DNA of 64,000 bases from contig CAVTWJ010000002.1 of NCBI GenBank assembly GCA_963738405.1, positions 96,001 to 160,000 on the forward strand, given 5' to 3'. The DNA is from a candidate division FCPU426 bacterium (GTDB lineage Bacteria > Oederibacteriota > Muellerivitia > Muellerivitales > Muellerivitaceae). Shown piece after piece: positions 46,104 to 58,225 of this stretch (the first letter of the stretch is position 1; each line of letters begins with the position of its first letter). The notes beneath the pieces were generated by a model, which saw only the letters and a program-made list of their open reading frames with translations, did no database searches and was not told the origin of the DNA. The position numbers were made by a program, and so were the translations under genes.

Positions 46104-46634
46104 CTAGTTGGAAGGCGGCTGAAGGACGAGAAAAAAGGTTTCCACCGTAATCTGCACTAGATCCCCAAGGCATTCGGTTGAAACCAATAGTTCCATCCGT
46201 ACCTTTCGGCCTTCCTCGTACCGTTCCAGGTGGGCCGGCACATGTTTTTGGGGCCGGCCCGTTTTCAAGGTGGTTTGGGCAGCCTTGCGGATAGCGCATT
46301 CCAGGCAGGCCGGGGTACCGCCGCACCGCTCCGGCATTTGGGAATTCAGACATCCCAAAAACTCGCCCCCTAAAAGCCCCGTAGGCGGGGAAGCCCCGCC
46401 GCACAGTTTTTTCAAACAGCTTTCGTTGCTGGCCAGCACGCGTAAATCCCGGTCCACCAGCAGCACCGGAAACTCCACCGCTTGCTGAAACTTTTCGAGT
46501 TCTTCTCCCTTTAATTTGCTTCGAAAGGATTCCTGACATTTGGGACAGACGTCATAGGCAGGGTGACTTGTCCCGCTACCTTTCCTCAGAAAAAGAACCT
46601 TCCCGCAATTGGAACAAAGGGTTTTGGTAGTCAT
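46104..46634 (-). CDS. Stand-alone Cys-rich PAS-like protein with N-terminal zinc ribbon
   Basis: CSNC/CPKC; PVLLVDRDLRVLASN; GEFLGC..CG...C..C.IR. Confidence 0.7.
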   Translation of the reverse strand: MTTKTLCSNCGKVLFLRKGSGTSHPAYDVCPKCQESFRSKLKGEELEKFQQAVEFPVLLVDRDLRVLASNESCLKKLCGGASPPTGLLGGEFLGCLNSQMPERCGGTPACLECAIRKAAQTTLKTGRPQKHVPAHLERYEEGRKVRMELLVSTECLGDLVQITVETFFLVLQPPSN

Positions 46635-46762
46635 TCCAAGCTCCGATCTTCAAAAGGAAGAGAAAAGGGCTGGGGAAAGCATAGACTCTGGCAGGCAGTG
46701 GGGATATCAACCCAGGGGATGGAAAAAGTCTACAATGAGCAAAAGGAATTCAGGAGACAACA

Positions 46763-47119
46763 ATGGCCGAATGGCTCTTCAACAGCAAAGGGGTTCCTTC
46801 CCTGATCTTGGATGGAACCATGGTGCGCGACCAGCGGGGTTATGTGATCGGGTGGATCAACGGGCCCAACATCTATTCATCCCACGGAGCGCATATCGGC
46901 TGGTTCGAGGGGGGAGTGATGTACGACATCGACAATTGCCCGCTCCTCTTTTGCCGCAACCACTCCAGCTACCTGCCCACCAAGCCCGGTCTCACCGGCA
47001 CTTCGTCTATGCCTGGCTTCGCCAGCCCCATGGGTAAACCGGGCTTCCAGGGTGCCCACATCCGCCCCGGCCTCGCCCAGCGATGGAGCGGGTCTGACCC
47101 CTTGAGTTATTTTAAATAA
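46763..47119 (+). CDS. 4-fold beta-flower-like small protein
   Basis: Repeats of (F/Y)-x-x-x-G-x-x-IGW; SD aggag. Confidence 0.65.
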   Translation: MAEWLFNSKGVPSLILDGTMVRDQRGYVIGWINGPNIYSSHGAHIGWFEGGVMYDIDNCPLLFCRNHSSYLPTKPGLTGTSSMPGFASPMGKPGFQGAHIRPGLAQRWSGSDPLSYFK

Positions 47120-48010
47120 TCAGTTCTTCTTCCAAACCGGCTTCAGGGTCTTGCCCGGCGCCGAAAGCAGGTCACCGCTCTTGCCCGCCCCCTTAAAGTC
47201 TTTCTTGATTTGAACAAATATTTTTTTGGCTTTCGAACTTAAGGACGCGAACCACTTTTGGCCGGCCAGATCGGTGAGTTGGTTCTTTTGGGCCCATCCG
47301 CTTTCTTCCAACGCCGATTCGGCCTTTTCCTTGTTCCCCTTCAAGAGCCAGTAGCGGAAAAGGTTGAAATTGGGGTACATCCGGCGCCCATCCCCTGCGG
47401 GATAGGCGTTGACCGCCAGGTTAAACAGAGGGAAGGAATCCTCCAGCGAAGCGGGGTCGGTCAGGCCTTTCTCCAAAAGCAGGCATCCCACCCGGTCGTA
47501 AAAGTCGCCGGACTTGAACTGGCTGAATTTCACCGCGTCCGATCGCAAAGGCTGCACCACGGTCAAGGCCTGGTCCAATTCCCCCTCCCGGTCCAACGAG
47601 TCCAGGTATTCAATGAGCACTCGCTCATCCCGGGGGTCCTGCTCATAAGAAGCCTTGAGATAGGGGATGGCGTCCTGGAAATAATTGTGCTGGTAGAGGA
47701 AATAGCCTCTTTCCAGCCCAAAAACCCTGGCGGAAATCTCGCGGTTGGTCTTCTCCATTTGCGCCGTCGCGTCGTTCAGGGCCTTCTGCCAGGAAAAGTA
47801 GGCGTAGACCGCCACAAGAATCACCACCACCGCGATGACCAGCCCCGTCATCTTTGCCTTGTTGACTTCCAACTTCACTTCATCGCGAAAAGTTCCGTAT
47901 TGTTTGAAATGCTCTGTCTCAAGCTGCAGCCGGGTCAGCTCGGCCTGCAGCCGAGCGATCTCCTTCTCTTTTTCCATAAAGGCGATGACTTCTTTCGACA
48001 GTCGGGGCAT
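47120..48010 (-). CDS. Membrane-anchored TPR-like protein with N-terminal coiled coil
   Basis: Coiled coil, one TM, 'FQDAIPYLKASYEQDP' TPR-like helices; SD aaggag before ATG 48010. Confidence 0.7.
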   Translation of the reverse strand: MPRLSKEVIAFMEKEKEIARLQAELTRLQLETEHFKQYGTFRDEVKLEVNKAKMTGLVIAVVVILVAVYAYFSWQKALNDATAQMEKTNREISARVFGLERGYFLYQHNYFQDAIPYLKASYEQDPRDERVLIEYLDSLDREGELDQALTVVQPLRSDAVKFSQFKSGDFYDRVGCLLLEKGLTDPASLEDSFPLFNLAVNAYPAGDGRRMYPNFNLFRYWLLKGNKEKAESALEESGWAQKNQLTDLAGQKWFASLSSKAKKIFVQIKKDFKGAGKSGDLLSAPGKTLKPVWKKN

Positions 48011-48176
48011 GGGCTTTCTCCTTGGTAAATAGCAAAGCAAAATATCCGATAAGATAGCTCCATTGCTACACCTAATAGGTTTCCCGCAAATTAAATGTGG
48101 AGATAAACCGGGAGGGTCTCACTCCCATACGTTACTTATCAGGCCACCCGTTAAACGCTCTCCCCTCCTAACCCCA

Positions 48177-48214
48177 ACAAAAAAGCCAAACCCCAAAGGG
48201 CTTGGCTTTTTTGT
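48177..48214. terminator. Intrinsic terminator (A/T tracts on both sides)
   Basis: acaaaaaagccaa-accc-caaa-gggc-ttggcttttttgt. Confidence 0.85.
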
Positions 48215-48246
48215 CGCCTTTTCTCATATCCGATGGCCACGGCTGG

Positions 48247-48546
48247 TTACATATGCTTGGCGGCCTTTTCCAACCCGATCTGCACATCCTGGGCGGTCAT
48301 CACCGGCTGAAGCTCCAGTTCGGCGCCCAGTTCCATGAAGAGGGGCTCGGCGATCATGGGCACGTCGCTGTTTTCCTTCATGTCGAAAAAGATGAACCCT
48401 GTGCGAAGGCCGTCGGACAGCGCGAAATAGGCGGCTTCCGGCTTCACCATATCCATCAATTTCATTAAGACCTTCGATATTTTTCCGCTCTTGATGGCCT
48501 CGTTCCCCAATTCGTTATCCATCGTAAATTTCAGCATCATTCTCAT
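48247..48546 (-). CDS. Small conserved-looking protein (DUF3303/GYD-like)
   Basis: MRMMLKF, KPEAAYF, G.RTGFIFFD, PMIAEPLF..LGA....PVM; SD ggggag. Confidence 0.7.
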   Translation of the reverse strand: MRMMLKFTMDNELGNEAIKSGKISKVLMKLMDMVKPEAAYFALSDGLRTGFIFFDMKENSDVPMIAEPLFMELGAELELQPVMTAQDVQIGLEKAAKHM

Positions 48547-48647
48547 AGCGCTCCCCTTTGATCGTGGTACAGACAACGGAAAATTATAGGAAAGCACATT
48601 TAGGAATAGATATGCGGCGGGAAGTTAAATGGGAGTAAAACCCGCAG

Positions 48648-49040
48648 TCAAGCCGGACTGACCTGTACGGCCGCAGGCTGGGCGGTCATTCGGTTCAAAA
48701 AGGCGTTCAAGGCCGACTTTTGTTTTTCGTTCATGATCAAAAATTGTAATCCCGCGCCTTTAGGGGTCGTCCAAACCACCTTGGCGAAAAGGCTCAAGGG
48801 AGCCGCGCCCGTTTCAAAGACCAGCTCAAATTGGGATAGGTAGCCCACTTCAAGGTGTTTTTCCAACTCGATTTGCATCCCATTCAAGCTTAAATCCACC
48901 GCCACCGCGTCCACCTTTTCATTCTGCCAATTACGCACACCCCGAACAACGACCCCGTCTTGTTCTAAACGCACCAGCACGGGAATCTTGACCGAGAAAC
49001 GTGTCTTTACTCTTTTATCGGCGGATTGGGGAATAGGCAT
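48648..49040 (-). CDS. Stand-alone PilZ domain protein
   Basis: RVKTR (RxxxR) and DLSLNG (DxSxxG), AKVVW, GLQF; SD ggagg. Confidence 0.85.
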   Translation of the reverse strand: MPIPQSADKRVKTRFSVKIPVLVRLEQDGVVVRGVRNWQNEKVDAVAVDLSLNGMQIELEKHLEVGYLSQFELVFETGAAPLSLFAKVVWTTPKGAGLQFLIMNEKQKSALNAFLNRMTAQPAAVQVSPA

Positions 49041-49154
49041 AAACACCTCCAAACTCAGTGGCTCAAATCAGATCAACAACGGGGTTTATTTTAAGGGCCC
49101 CGGAAAGGATGTCAGCCGGGTTTTGAAATCTTTATCGATTCTTTACCGCGAATT

Positions 49155-49790
49155 TTAAGGAAATTTAGGGTGGGAGGGATTCACTTGGGATGTTGGAGTG
49201 AGGACGGGTGTTGAAACCGCCTTGGCTATTTCAGCTGGAGTTTGGGACGGGGTGGCCGTTCCCTGTGGAACCGGCGGGATTGAGGTTGTGGGAGTCACTT
49301 TAAGAGGGATGGCCCCCGGTGTGCCGACAGTGGGTGTTACAGCCAAAGGGGTTGAGGTAGGTACCGGCGCGGCTGGCACCGGCTTTTCTTTGTAGGCCAT
49401 TGTCTGAAAGTTAAATTGAACCCTCGCTTTGGTTGGAAAATAACTCACGCTGGCAATGGCCACCGTTTGGAACCGGTAGGTTTCAAACCACTGGGGTTGG
49501 CCGCCCTGAACTTGATGGTACCGGGATATCAACATATGGCGGAAAACACCCCCGTTTCTCATGCAAAACTTGGCCAGCCCCCCCTTTTCGGTGGGGAAGG
49601 TCACGGTGACATGGGGCCTGATCGTTCGGCTGTGGGTGTTGGCGTTGGAGACCTGAAAGGATAGCAGGGGCACCCCCAGCGTGTTGCCGTGGGAAAAATC
49701 CCTCCCCGGAAGGGTGAGATAGGCCACGTCGTCCGCCCAGCCAAGACCGCAGAGCAACAGTAAGAAACATATAAAGAAGCTTTTCTTCAT
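49155..49790 (-). CDS. Secreted protein with Pro/Thr-rich C-terminal tail
   Basis: Signal ending GWA; ~80-aa PT-rich tail. Confidence 0.7.
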   Translation of the reverse strand: MKKSFFICFLLLLCGLGWADDVAYLTLPGRDFSHGNTLGVPLLSFQVSNANTHSRTIRPHVTVTFPTEKGGLAKFCMRNGGVFRHMLISRYHQVQGGQPQWFETYRFQTVAIASVSYFPTKARVQFNFQTMAYKEKPVPAAPVPTSTPLAVTPTVGTPGAIPLKVTPTTSIPPVPQGTATPSQTPAEIAKAVSTPVLTPTSQVNPSHPKFP

Positions 49791-49994
49791 GGGAGGCGAT
49801 TATATCAAATATGACCCTTGCCATACTTCGCCCAACTCCACTCCCCTAATCTATTCCCACGCGAGGCTTTAACAGGCGGTAAAAAATCCCGAAAACGGAT
49901 TTTTGCATCTAATGAACAAATCAAAAAAGATTTGTTCTGATCCCCTGACTGTTACAGATCCAAAAGATCTGAAACAACCAACTTGCCCCGGCGT

Positions 49995-51439
<1,445 letters not shown>

Positions 51440-51443
51440 CCCC

Positions 51444-52379
51444 ATGGGAAAAATATACCAAGACATCACTAAAACAGTGGGGCGCACCCCGCTCGTTCGC
51501 CTTAACCGCGTCACCGAAGGCGCAAAGGCGCGGGTGCTGGCCAAGCTGGAGTTTTTTAATCCCCAATCGAGCGTAAAAGACCGCATCGGGGAAGCGATGA
51601 TCACGGACGCCGAGTTGAGAGGCATCCTTAAAAAAGACACGGTGATTATTGAACCCACCAGCGGCAACACCGGGGTGGGACTCGCCTTTGTGGCGGCGGC
51701 CCGTGGTTACCGGCTGATTTTGGTCATGCCCGACACCATGAGCCTGGAACGCCGGCAGCTCATGCGCATCTTTGGCGCCGAGTTGGTCCTCACCGAAGGC
51801 GCCAAGGGCATGAAGGGCGCGATCGCGAAGGCGGAGGAATTATCCCAGCAGATGCCCAATAGCTGGATACCCCAGCAGTTCAACAACCCCGCAAATCCGG
51901 AGATTCACCGCCAAACCACCGCCGAGGAAATATGGAACGATACCGACGGTAAGGCGGACATCCTCATTTCGGGCGTAGGCACGGGGGGCACTTTGACCGG
52001 CGTGGCCGAAGTCATTAAAAAACGCAAACCCTCTTTCAAGGTTATCGCCGTGGAACCCGACGCTTCCCCAGTGTTATCGGGCGGCGAGCCCGGGCCCCAT
52101 AAAATTCAGGGTATCGGCGCTGGGTTTGTGCCCAAGGTCCTCAACCGGGGCATGATCGATGAGGTCATCCGGGTCACCCAGGACCAGGCTGGCGAAACCG
52201 CCAGGGCCATGGCTAAAAAGGAAGGTATTTTAGTAGGTATCTCCGGTGGAGCGGCGGTTTGGGCCGCGCTTCACGTGGCCCAGCGCCCTGAAAACCAGGG
52301 CAAAAACCTGGTGGTCATCATTCCCGACTCGGGCGAAAGGTATCTTTCCACCTGGCTCTATGAGGAGGCCAAACAATGA
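51444..52379 (+). CDS. cysK: Cysteine synthase A
   Basis: [37 protein letters not shown]. Confidence 0.96.
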   Translation: MGKIYQDITKTVGRTPLVRLNRVTEGAKARVLAKLEFFNPQSSVKDRIGEAMITDAELRGILKKDTVIIEPTSGNTGVGLAFVAAARGYRLILVMPDTMSLERRQLMRIFGAELVLTEGAKGMKGAIAKAEELSQQMPNSWIPQQFNNPANPEIHRQTTAEEIWNDTDGKADILISGVGTGGTLTGVAEVIKKRKPSFKVIAVEPDASPVLSGGEPGPHKIQGIGAGFVPKVLNRGMIDEVIRVTQDQAGETARAMAKKEGILVGISGGAAVWAALHVAQRPENQGKNLVVIIPDSGERYLSTWLYEEAKQ

Positions 52380-53524
52380 GCGACCAGGGCCCAACCGAAA
52401 CAAAGGGTTTGGGAATGGTGGAAACCCAGAACTTTTCATTTGAGGGGCTGACCCTCGAAAGCGGGGAGTGGTTCGGTCCCGTGAACCTGGCCTACGAGAC
52501 CTACGGCAGGCTGAACGAGGATAAATCCAACGCCATCCTGGTTTTTCACGCCTTCTCCGGCAACGCCCACGCGGCGGGCTATCTGGAGGGCGACAAGGAC
52601 CCGGGCTGGTGGGACGACTTGATCGGCCCCGGCAAGGCCTTTGACACCGACCTCTATTTCGTCATTTGCTCCAACGTACTGGGAGGGTGCAAGGGCTCCA
52701 CGGGCCCGGGCAGTTTGAACCCCGCCAAGGGCAGGCCCTATGGTTTGGACTTTCCCCTCATCACCGTCGGCGACATCGTGGTTTGCCAAAGGCGCCTGGT
52801 GGAGCATTTGGGAATCAAGCGGCTGCTTTCCGTTTCCGGCGGGTCCATGGGGGGCATGCAGGTGCTTTCCTGGATGATGAAATACCCCGAGATAGTGCAT
52901 AGCGCCATCCCCATCGCCACCACCCTCAAGCACTCGCCCCAGCAGATCGCCTTCAACGAGGTTGGGCGCCAGGCCGTGATGGCTGACCCGGACTGGGCCC
53001 AGGGCCAGTATTACGGCGGTCCCCCGCCCGCCAAGGGCCTTTCGGTGGCGCGCATGGTGGGCCATATCACCTACATGAGCGATACCTCCATGGCCGACAA
53101 GTTCGGCCGGCAGAAAAAGTCCAACGCGGGCGCGGAGAAATTCAAGGCCGATTTCGAGGTGGAAGGCTACCTGAAATACCGAGGGGAAAATTTCGTCAAG
53201 CGCTTCGACGCCAATTCCTATCTTTACATCACCAAAGCCATGGACAATTTCGACGCCTCCTATGGGCGCCCCTTCCAGGAGGTCCTGCGGGGCCGCCACC
53301 TGCATGTGCTGGTGATCGGGTTCAAGTCCGACTGGCTGTACCCCCTTTACCAGTCCCAGGAAATCGTAAAAGCCTGCAAACTGGCAGGCATCCCGGCGAC
53401 CTACTGCGAGATTGATTCCACCTACGGCCATGACGCTTTCCTGCTTGAGATCGAGGAAGAAACCCACCTCATCAAGCATTTCCTCAAAAAGGTCTACAAC
53501 GGCTACGAGGTGGCCAATGACTAG
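52376..53524 (+). CDS. metX: Homoserine O-acetyltransferase
   Basis: AYETYG.LN, GWWD..IGPG, GGSMGG, RFDANSY, GHDAFL. Confidence 0.95.
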   Translation: MSDQGPTETKGLGMVETQNFSFEGLTLESGEWFGPVNLAYETYGRLNEDKSNAILVFHAFSGNAHAAGYLEGDKDPGWWDDLIGPGKAFDTDLYFVICSNVLGGCKGSTGPGSLNPAKGRPYGLDFPLITVGDIVVCQRRLVEHLGIKRLLSVSGGSMGGMQVLSWMMKYPEIVHSAIPIATTLKHSPQQIAFNEVGRQAVMADPDWAQGQYYGGPPPAKGLSVARMVGHITYMSDTSMADKFGRQKKSNAGAEKFKADFEVEGYLKYRGENFVKRFDANSYLYITKAMDNFDASYGRPFQEVLRGRHLHVLVIGFKSDWLYPLYQSQEIVKACKLAGIPATYCEIDSTYGHDAFLLEIEEETHLIKHFLKKVYNGYEVAND

Positions 53525-54110
53525 CCCCTGGAACCCGGACCATCGGGTGATTGTGGAATGGGTGGCGCATGGAAGCTCGGTGCTGGACCTTGGCTGCGGG
53601 GACGGGGACCTTTTGGTGCACCTGATTCAGGAAAAGGGTGTGAAGGGCCAGGGGGTCGAGATTGACGAGAAGGCGGTCTACAACTGCGTGGCCAAGGGCC
53701 TGAACGTGTTTCATGACGATATCGAGGGGGGCCTCACCGATTACCAGGACGGGGCCTTTGACTACGCCGTGCTGGACCAGACCTTTCAGCAGATCAAGGA
53801 AATCGACCGGGCGCTCACCGCGGCCCTTCGGGTGGGAAAAAAGGTGATCGTGGGTTTCCCGAACTTCGCCTATTACAAATCACGCTTCCAAACCTTTTTC
53901 CTGGGGCGCACCCCGGTGACCCCTTCCCTTCCCTACATGTGGTACGAAACCCCCAACCTGCATTCGGTTTCGATTTTGGATTTCACCGACTACTGTTCGA
54001 AAAAGGGGATTTTGATTGAGAGCCGAACCTTCTTGGACGGTGAAAAAAAGGTGGGCTTCATGCCCAACTTTTTTGCCCAAGTGGGCCTCTTTATGATCTC
54101 GATGGGTTGA
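53517..54110 (+). CDS. metW: Methionine biosynthesis protein MetW
   Basis: VLDLGCGDG, FPNF, LPY.WYETPN.H; follows metX; ATG 53517 overlaps the metX end. Confidence 0.92.
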   Translation: MTSPWNPDHRVIVEWVAHGSSVLDLGCGDGDLLVHLIQEKGVKGQGVEIDEKAVYNCVAKGLNVFHDDIEGGLTDYQDGAFDYAVLDQTFQQIKEIDRALTAALRVGKKVIVGFPNFAYYKSRFQTFFLGRTPVTPSLPYMWYETPNLHSVSILDFTDYCSKKGILIESRTFLDGEKKVGFMPNFFAQVGLFMISMG

Positions 54111-54124
54111 GAGGCTGGTTCGTT

Positions 54125-54886
54125 TTAGTGGCTTTTCTTCGCCGCGCGGTGGGGCAGGAAAAAGACGCAAGCCAGGATAAAAGCCATCAGGCACGCGGTG
54201 GCCGAATAGCGGCTTAAATTCAGGCCCCCGTGGTCGAGGGGCTTGTCCAAAAAATCCCCCAAGACCGCGCCCAAGGGACGGGTGAGAATAAAAGCGGACC
54301 AAAAAAGGATCGTGTGGGAAACCTTGGTCCACTGATAAAGCGCGAAGACCACAGCCAGCAAAATCACAAAAAGGGTAGCCCCCCCTAGGTAACCTAGCCC
54401 TTCCGAATCGGCCGTCCAGTCCCCCAGGGCAGTCCCCAAGGTCTGTGAAAACATGATGGTCACCCAATAGAACATCTCGGACTTAGGATCTTTTACCGAA
54501 TCCACCGCCACTGTGCCCAGGGTTTTATACCAGAGAAAGAGGGAACCCATGAGAAGGCAAAAGAGGATCGAGGAACCGCCCGCGTAACCGATGCCGAGCG
54601 AACGGTCGCAGAAATCAGCCATCGTGGTGCCCACGGTGGTGGTGGCGATGATGGTGAACCAGTAGATGTAGGGGTGAAATTTTTCAGCCTTGATCTGGAC
54701 GATAACAGCCGCCAAAAAAATAACCGCGAAGATAGCCGTACCCACCAGGTATCCAAGGTTCATGGACATGGAAACCATATCCCCGCCCGTCTCCCCCACG
54801 GTGGTGGCGGCGATCTTGATGATCCAAAAGAGGAGGGTGACTTCGGGAACCTTGCTCAAAGCGCTGTTGTTTGTTTTGTTTTTCAT
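54125..54886 (-). CDS. COG4705 / DUF347 repeat membrane protein
   Basis: SKVPEVTLLFWIIKI..TT.GET.GD, YW....SQTLGTALGD, FW.AFILTRPLGA..GD. Confidence 0.9.
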   Translation of the reverse strand: MKNKTNNSALSKVPEVTLLFWIIKIAATTVGETGGDMVSMSMNLGYLVGTAIFAVIFLAAVIVQIKAEKFHPYIYWFTIIATTTVGTTMADFCDRSLGIGYAGGSSILFCLLMGSLFLWYKTLGTVAVDSVKDPKSEMFYWVTIMFSQTLGTALGDWTADSEGLGYLGGATLFVILLAVVFALYQWTKVSHTILFWSAFILTRPLGAVLGDFLDKPLDHGGLNLSRYSATACLMAFILACVFFLPHRAAKKSH

Positions 54887-54947
54887 GTGTGTCCATTCTT
54901 AACCAGTTGAGCCCTAAAGGAAACCCATCCCGGCGGATTTCCGACAT

Positions 54948-54981
54948 AAAAAAGGCTGCCCGCATAAGCGGACAGCCTTTT
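54948..54981 (-). terminator. Intrinsic terminator after the YncE-like gene
   Basis: aaaaaaggctg-c-ccgc-ataa-gcgg-a-cagcctttt. Confidence 0.8.
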
Positions 54982-54990
54982 AACGGAGAT

Positions 54991-56028
54991 TTACTTCCCT
55001 ATCACTAGGAGATGAAAGGTCCCCGGCACCGCCTTTCGGTGCGGCTTGGGGTCTTTATCGGTAGGCGTAGGCGGGGGCTCCATCTGGGCGGTCATCATAA
55101 AGATACGGCCCGTCTTGGAATCAATCGCCAGGGTACGGGCTGCCGGTTCGGTCGGAAACTGCTCCAGCAGGGTGTACTTGTTGGGGCTATCCTCGTGGAT
55201 AACCGTGAGGGTGCCGTCGCCGTTTGAGCTGAACACGTTGCCCGTCGTTGGGTCAAAAGCGGTCCCATCCACATGGTCGCCGATTGGAAGGGTCTGGATG
55301 ACCTTGCCGTTTTTGGCATTCATTACCACTAAGTTCTTGTTGTGGCAGCCGGAAAAGAGCCGGTTGTTTTTTACATCCATGGAAAGGCCGGAGGGCGATT
55401 CGCCCGGAGCCAGGGGCCAGGTCTTCAGGACCTTCATGCTCTTGGCGTCGATCTTGAGGACCACGCTTTTGGTTTCCAGGTTGTCGAAGAGAAAACCCTT
55501 GCCGTTGGACACCCCCACTTCGGGCCCTCCATCGAGGGCGACCGTGGTCACCGCCTTGTCGGTGGCGGGATCAATCACGGTGCAATCGTGGCTGTCGCCG
55601 TCGAAGGTGATGACATGTTTGGTGGCCGGGTCGTAGATAATCACGTCCGCGTCCTTGGAATCGGGTATTTCAGAAAGCTTTTTCAGGGTCTTCAAGTCGA
55701 AGACCACCACGCTTCCAGGCTGGCCGCTGGTGGCGTAGCCCTTGCCCAGGTCGTTTAAAACCACCACGCCGTGGGGATGGGGCACGTTGTCGAGGGTGCC
55801 GATCAAGGTCAAGGCATCGGCGTCGACCACCTGCACGCTGTTGTTGTGGGTAAGGTAGACCCTCCGACTGTCCGCGTCGGCGGTGAGAAAATCCCAGCCG
55901 CCGTCGCCCGGCAAGGGAACTTTTTGAAGTATCTTGTAGCCGCTTGGGCCCGGCGTTACCTGGGCCTGTACCGCGCCCGCCAAACCCAGCAAAATGCCCA
56001 GCACCGCGAATGCCATCATCTTATTCAT
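54991..56028 (-). CDS. YncE/YVTN-family secreted beta-propeller protein
   Basis: GDGGWDFL, repeated blades ending V.D..T, P.GL.MD....RLF. Confidence 0.85.
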   Translation of the reverse strand: MNKMMAFAVLGILLGLAGAVQAQVTPGPSGYKILQKVPLPGDGGWDFLTADADSRRVYLTHNNSVQVVDADALTLIGTLDNVPHPHGVVVLNDLGKGYATSGQPGSVVVFDLKTLKKLSEIPDSKDADVIIYDPATKHVITFDGDSHDCTVIDPATDKAVTTVALDGGPEVGVSNGKGFLFDNLETKSVVLKIDAKSMKVLKTWPLAPGESPSGLSMDVKNNRLFSGCHNKNLVVMNAKNGKVIQTLPIGDHVDGTAFDPTTGNVFSSNGDGTLTVIHEDSPNKYTLLEQFPTEPAARTLAIDSKTGRIFMMTAQMEPPPTPTDKDPKPHRKAVPGTFHLLVIGK

Positions 56029-56184
56029 TCAACCACCTCGTTTATTAAAATCCTGCCCTCAGCCCTAACTACAGACGCTTCTCCGGCCCTTTCGCCTCTC
56101 TCTTCCAACTCCGCCCGCAAACAAAATATCAACCTGGTCGCGACCTCTTGACCCCTGCCAAAGGGGCTGATACCGGCACCCCCT

Positions 56185-58206
56185 TTATTTCGAAGCGGAA
56201 CCGCTGAGATGGGCTTGGGGCCGGGGATCAAAATCAGCCGGGATGGGGTTCGGCAGCCCCAAGGCCTGGTCGACGGGAACGATCCCGATATCCTTCATGC
56301 CATATCCGCTCGTTTGAGGAAGTTTTCCCACGATGTCCTCGGGAATTTCGGCGTAATCCGGCGGGAGCGGCGGGGCATCGCCCTTCAGCCGGGCCGGATC
56401 AAAAGCCGTCAAAAGGTCGCTGATATCGGGCGTAAGCGCGTCATCCGGACCCCAGTCGGATTGGCCCCAATTTTTCTTGCCGAGTTTCCGGCCCTTCATT
56501 TCATCCGGAAGCTTGGCCAGGGGCGTGAGCCCGAAGAGCGTATCCACGAACTTAACCACCGACCCATGGTCCCCGTTCTCGTGCACCACCGCGTGAACCC
56601 GGGAAAAGGGGGAAAGGAAAATAAAGGGAACGCGGGGGCCGTCCGTCAGTGGTTCCTTGTCCGGGGTGAGGGAGTGGATGGGCGGCGGGACGTGGTCATA
56701 GAACCCGCCTTCGTCGTCCCAGGTAATCACGATGGCGCATTGGTTCCAATATTTGCTTTGGGCGATGGCGTTGATGGCATGGGCCAGCATGGCCTCGCTG
56801 ATCTGGGAGTCCGAACCGCCCGGATGGTCGTCATCCCCCTGGAATTTTTTCTGCGCCGCTTCGTCCGGATCGGCCGACTTCAAGCCGAAGATGTTTTGGC
56901 CGCCCCCCTTCACGTAATAGACCCCGCCCTGGTCGGACAAGGTTCCCTGTTTCACGGCGTTGAAAAAATCCTGCAGGTCGTGGAGGCTCTTTTGCATGGC
57001 CGGACTGTGGACGATGTACCCGAAATATTGCGGGCCGTTATGGTGGGTGACGTAGGAGAAATGCTGGCCCTCGGCATCGGTGGGGTCCTCCCCCCCGCCC
57101 CAGGGATGGCCGAAACCCTCCTGGAACCAGCCCCAGGGGATGGGCGCCTGGCCCTTTTTACCCAGGTAAGCCACGTCCTCCTGAAGGTCCTCGAGGTCGG
57201 TTCCCTTTTGGGGGTCGTCGTCGGTCTCGCTTTGGGCCTGGGAACCGGCCAGTGAAAGGGGGATCGTCGCGTAGGTCTGGTTTAAATGGGTTTCTTTTAC
57301 CTTGTCCTTATTCTTGCCGGAATATTCCTTGGGGTTCACGGGCATCTTGGGGTCGGACGTGTCCGGCGGGGAGCCCCAGAAGGGGTCGCTGCTGTTGAGG
57401 ACCGGCTCCCCCGGAGCCTTCTTCCCGCCATCCTGCTCCAGTTCCTTGGTGTGAAGGGCGGCTTGGGTCTGGCCGCTTTGGGCGGCGATGATGGAAAGGT
57501 TGCCCGGGCCCGAGGGGCCCACCATCAATTGGAAGATATGGTCGAATATCACGAAGCGGTTGGCCCAGCGCCAGAGGAAGGGGATGGTGTCGCCGTCCAC
57601 GTGGGCCATGGTCAGTTCCCCGAACTGCTTGTCGGCCAGGGCGGGCGGGGTATCGGTACCTTTCTTGAATTCTTCCGCTAGAGCGAACCGGTCCATTTTC
57701 GGTATCCCGTCCACCAGGTCCATCTTTTGTACCAGGGCGATGTGGGAGTGTTTGGTGTCGGCAAGGTCGGAGGCGTATTGCTTGGCCCCGATCAAGAAGG
57801 GCTGGATGGGCTGCTGCGTGCCGTCGGGGTTTTGGACGAACTGGTTAAATCCAGGGGTCAGGCTCGCGGGCTGGGAATAGATGCCGTCCACCCCGGGAAA
57901 GGTGCCGAAATAATGGTCGAAGGAGCGGTTTTCCTGGTAGAGGATGAACACATATTTGACGTGCTGGCGAAGCAGGGACACCAACTGCTTACGGCTGAGC
58001 TTGGGTTCCTGGGTTTCAGGAACCTCCAGGGGGGCCACCTGGGAGTCGCCGGTGGGAGGCAGGGGCTCGACCAAGGGCCGGGCTTTGGATTTAGAACCCT
58101 TCGACGGGCTAAGGGCAGACTGCGCGAGAGCGGAGAAGGAAAAGCTAAGGGCCGCAAAAAGGACAAATACAGTCACGACCTTGACGGCGGTTCGAAAGGT
58201 TTTCAT
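56185..58206 (-). CDS. Phosphoesterase (phospholipase C / acid phosphatase AcpA family), secreted
   Basis: QENRSFDHYFG, DDHPG, ITWDDEGGFYDHVPPP, GPRVP. Confidence 0.9.
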   Translation of the reverse strand: MKTFRTAVKVVTVFVLFAALSFSFSALAQSALSPSKGSKSKARPLVEPLPPTGDSQVAPLEVPETQEPKLSRKQLVSLLRQHVKYVFILYQENRSFDHYFGTFPGVDGIYSQPASLTPGFNQFVQNPDGTQQPIQPFLIGAKQYASDLADTKHSHIALVQKMDLVDGIPKMDRFALAEEFKKGTDTPPALADKQFGELTMAHVDGDTIPFLWRWANRFVIFDHIFQLMVGPSGPGNLSIIAAQSGQTQAALHTKELEQDGGKKAPGEPVLNSSDPFWGSPPDTSDPKMPVNPKEYSGKNKDKVKETHLNQTYATIPLSLAGSQAQSETDDDPQKGTDLEDLQEDVAYLGKKGQAPIPWGWFQEGFGHPWGGGEDPTDAEGQHFSYVTHHNGPQYFGYIVHSPAMQKSLHDLQDFFNAVKQGTLSDQGGVYYVKGGGQNIFGLKSADPDEAAQKKFQGDDDHPGGSDSQISEAMLAHAINAIAQSKYWNQCAIVITWDDEGGFYDHVPPPIHSLTPDKEPLTDGPRVPFIFLSPFSRVHAVVHENGDHGSVVKFVDTLFGLTPLAKLPDEMKGRKLGKKNWGQSDWGPDDALTPDISDLLTAFDPARLKGDAPPLPPDYAEIPEDIVGKLPQTSGYGMKDIGIVPVDQALGLPNPIPADFDPRPQAHLSGSASK

Positions 58207-58225
58207 TTTTCACTCCTAAAAAACT

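Noticed and set aside
45718..46539. 273-aa ORF as listed in the track
   Set aside because: The 5' part overlaps the PAS gene on the same strand; only 45718-46038 has an SD and signal peptide
48065..48170. Hammerhead-like RNA on the minus strand (CUGAUAAG...GAAAC)
   Set aside because: Core deviates from CUGANGA and the three required stems could not be built
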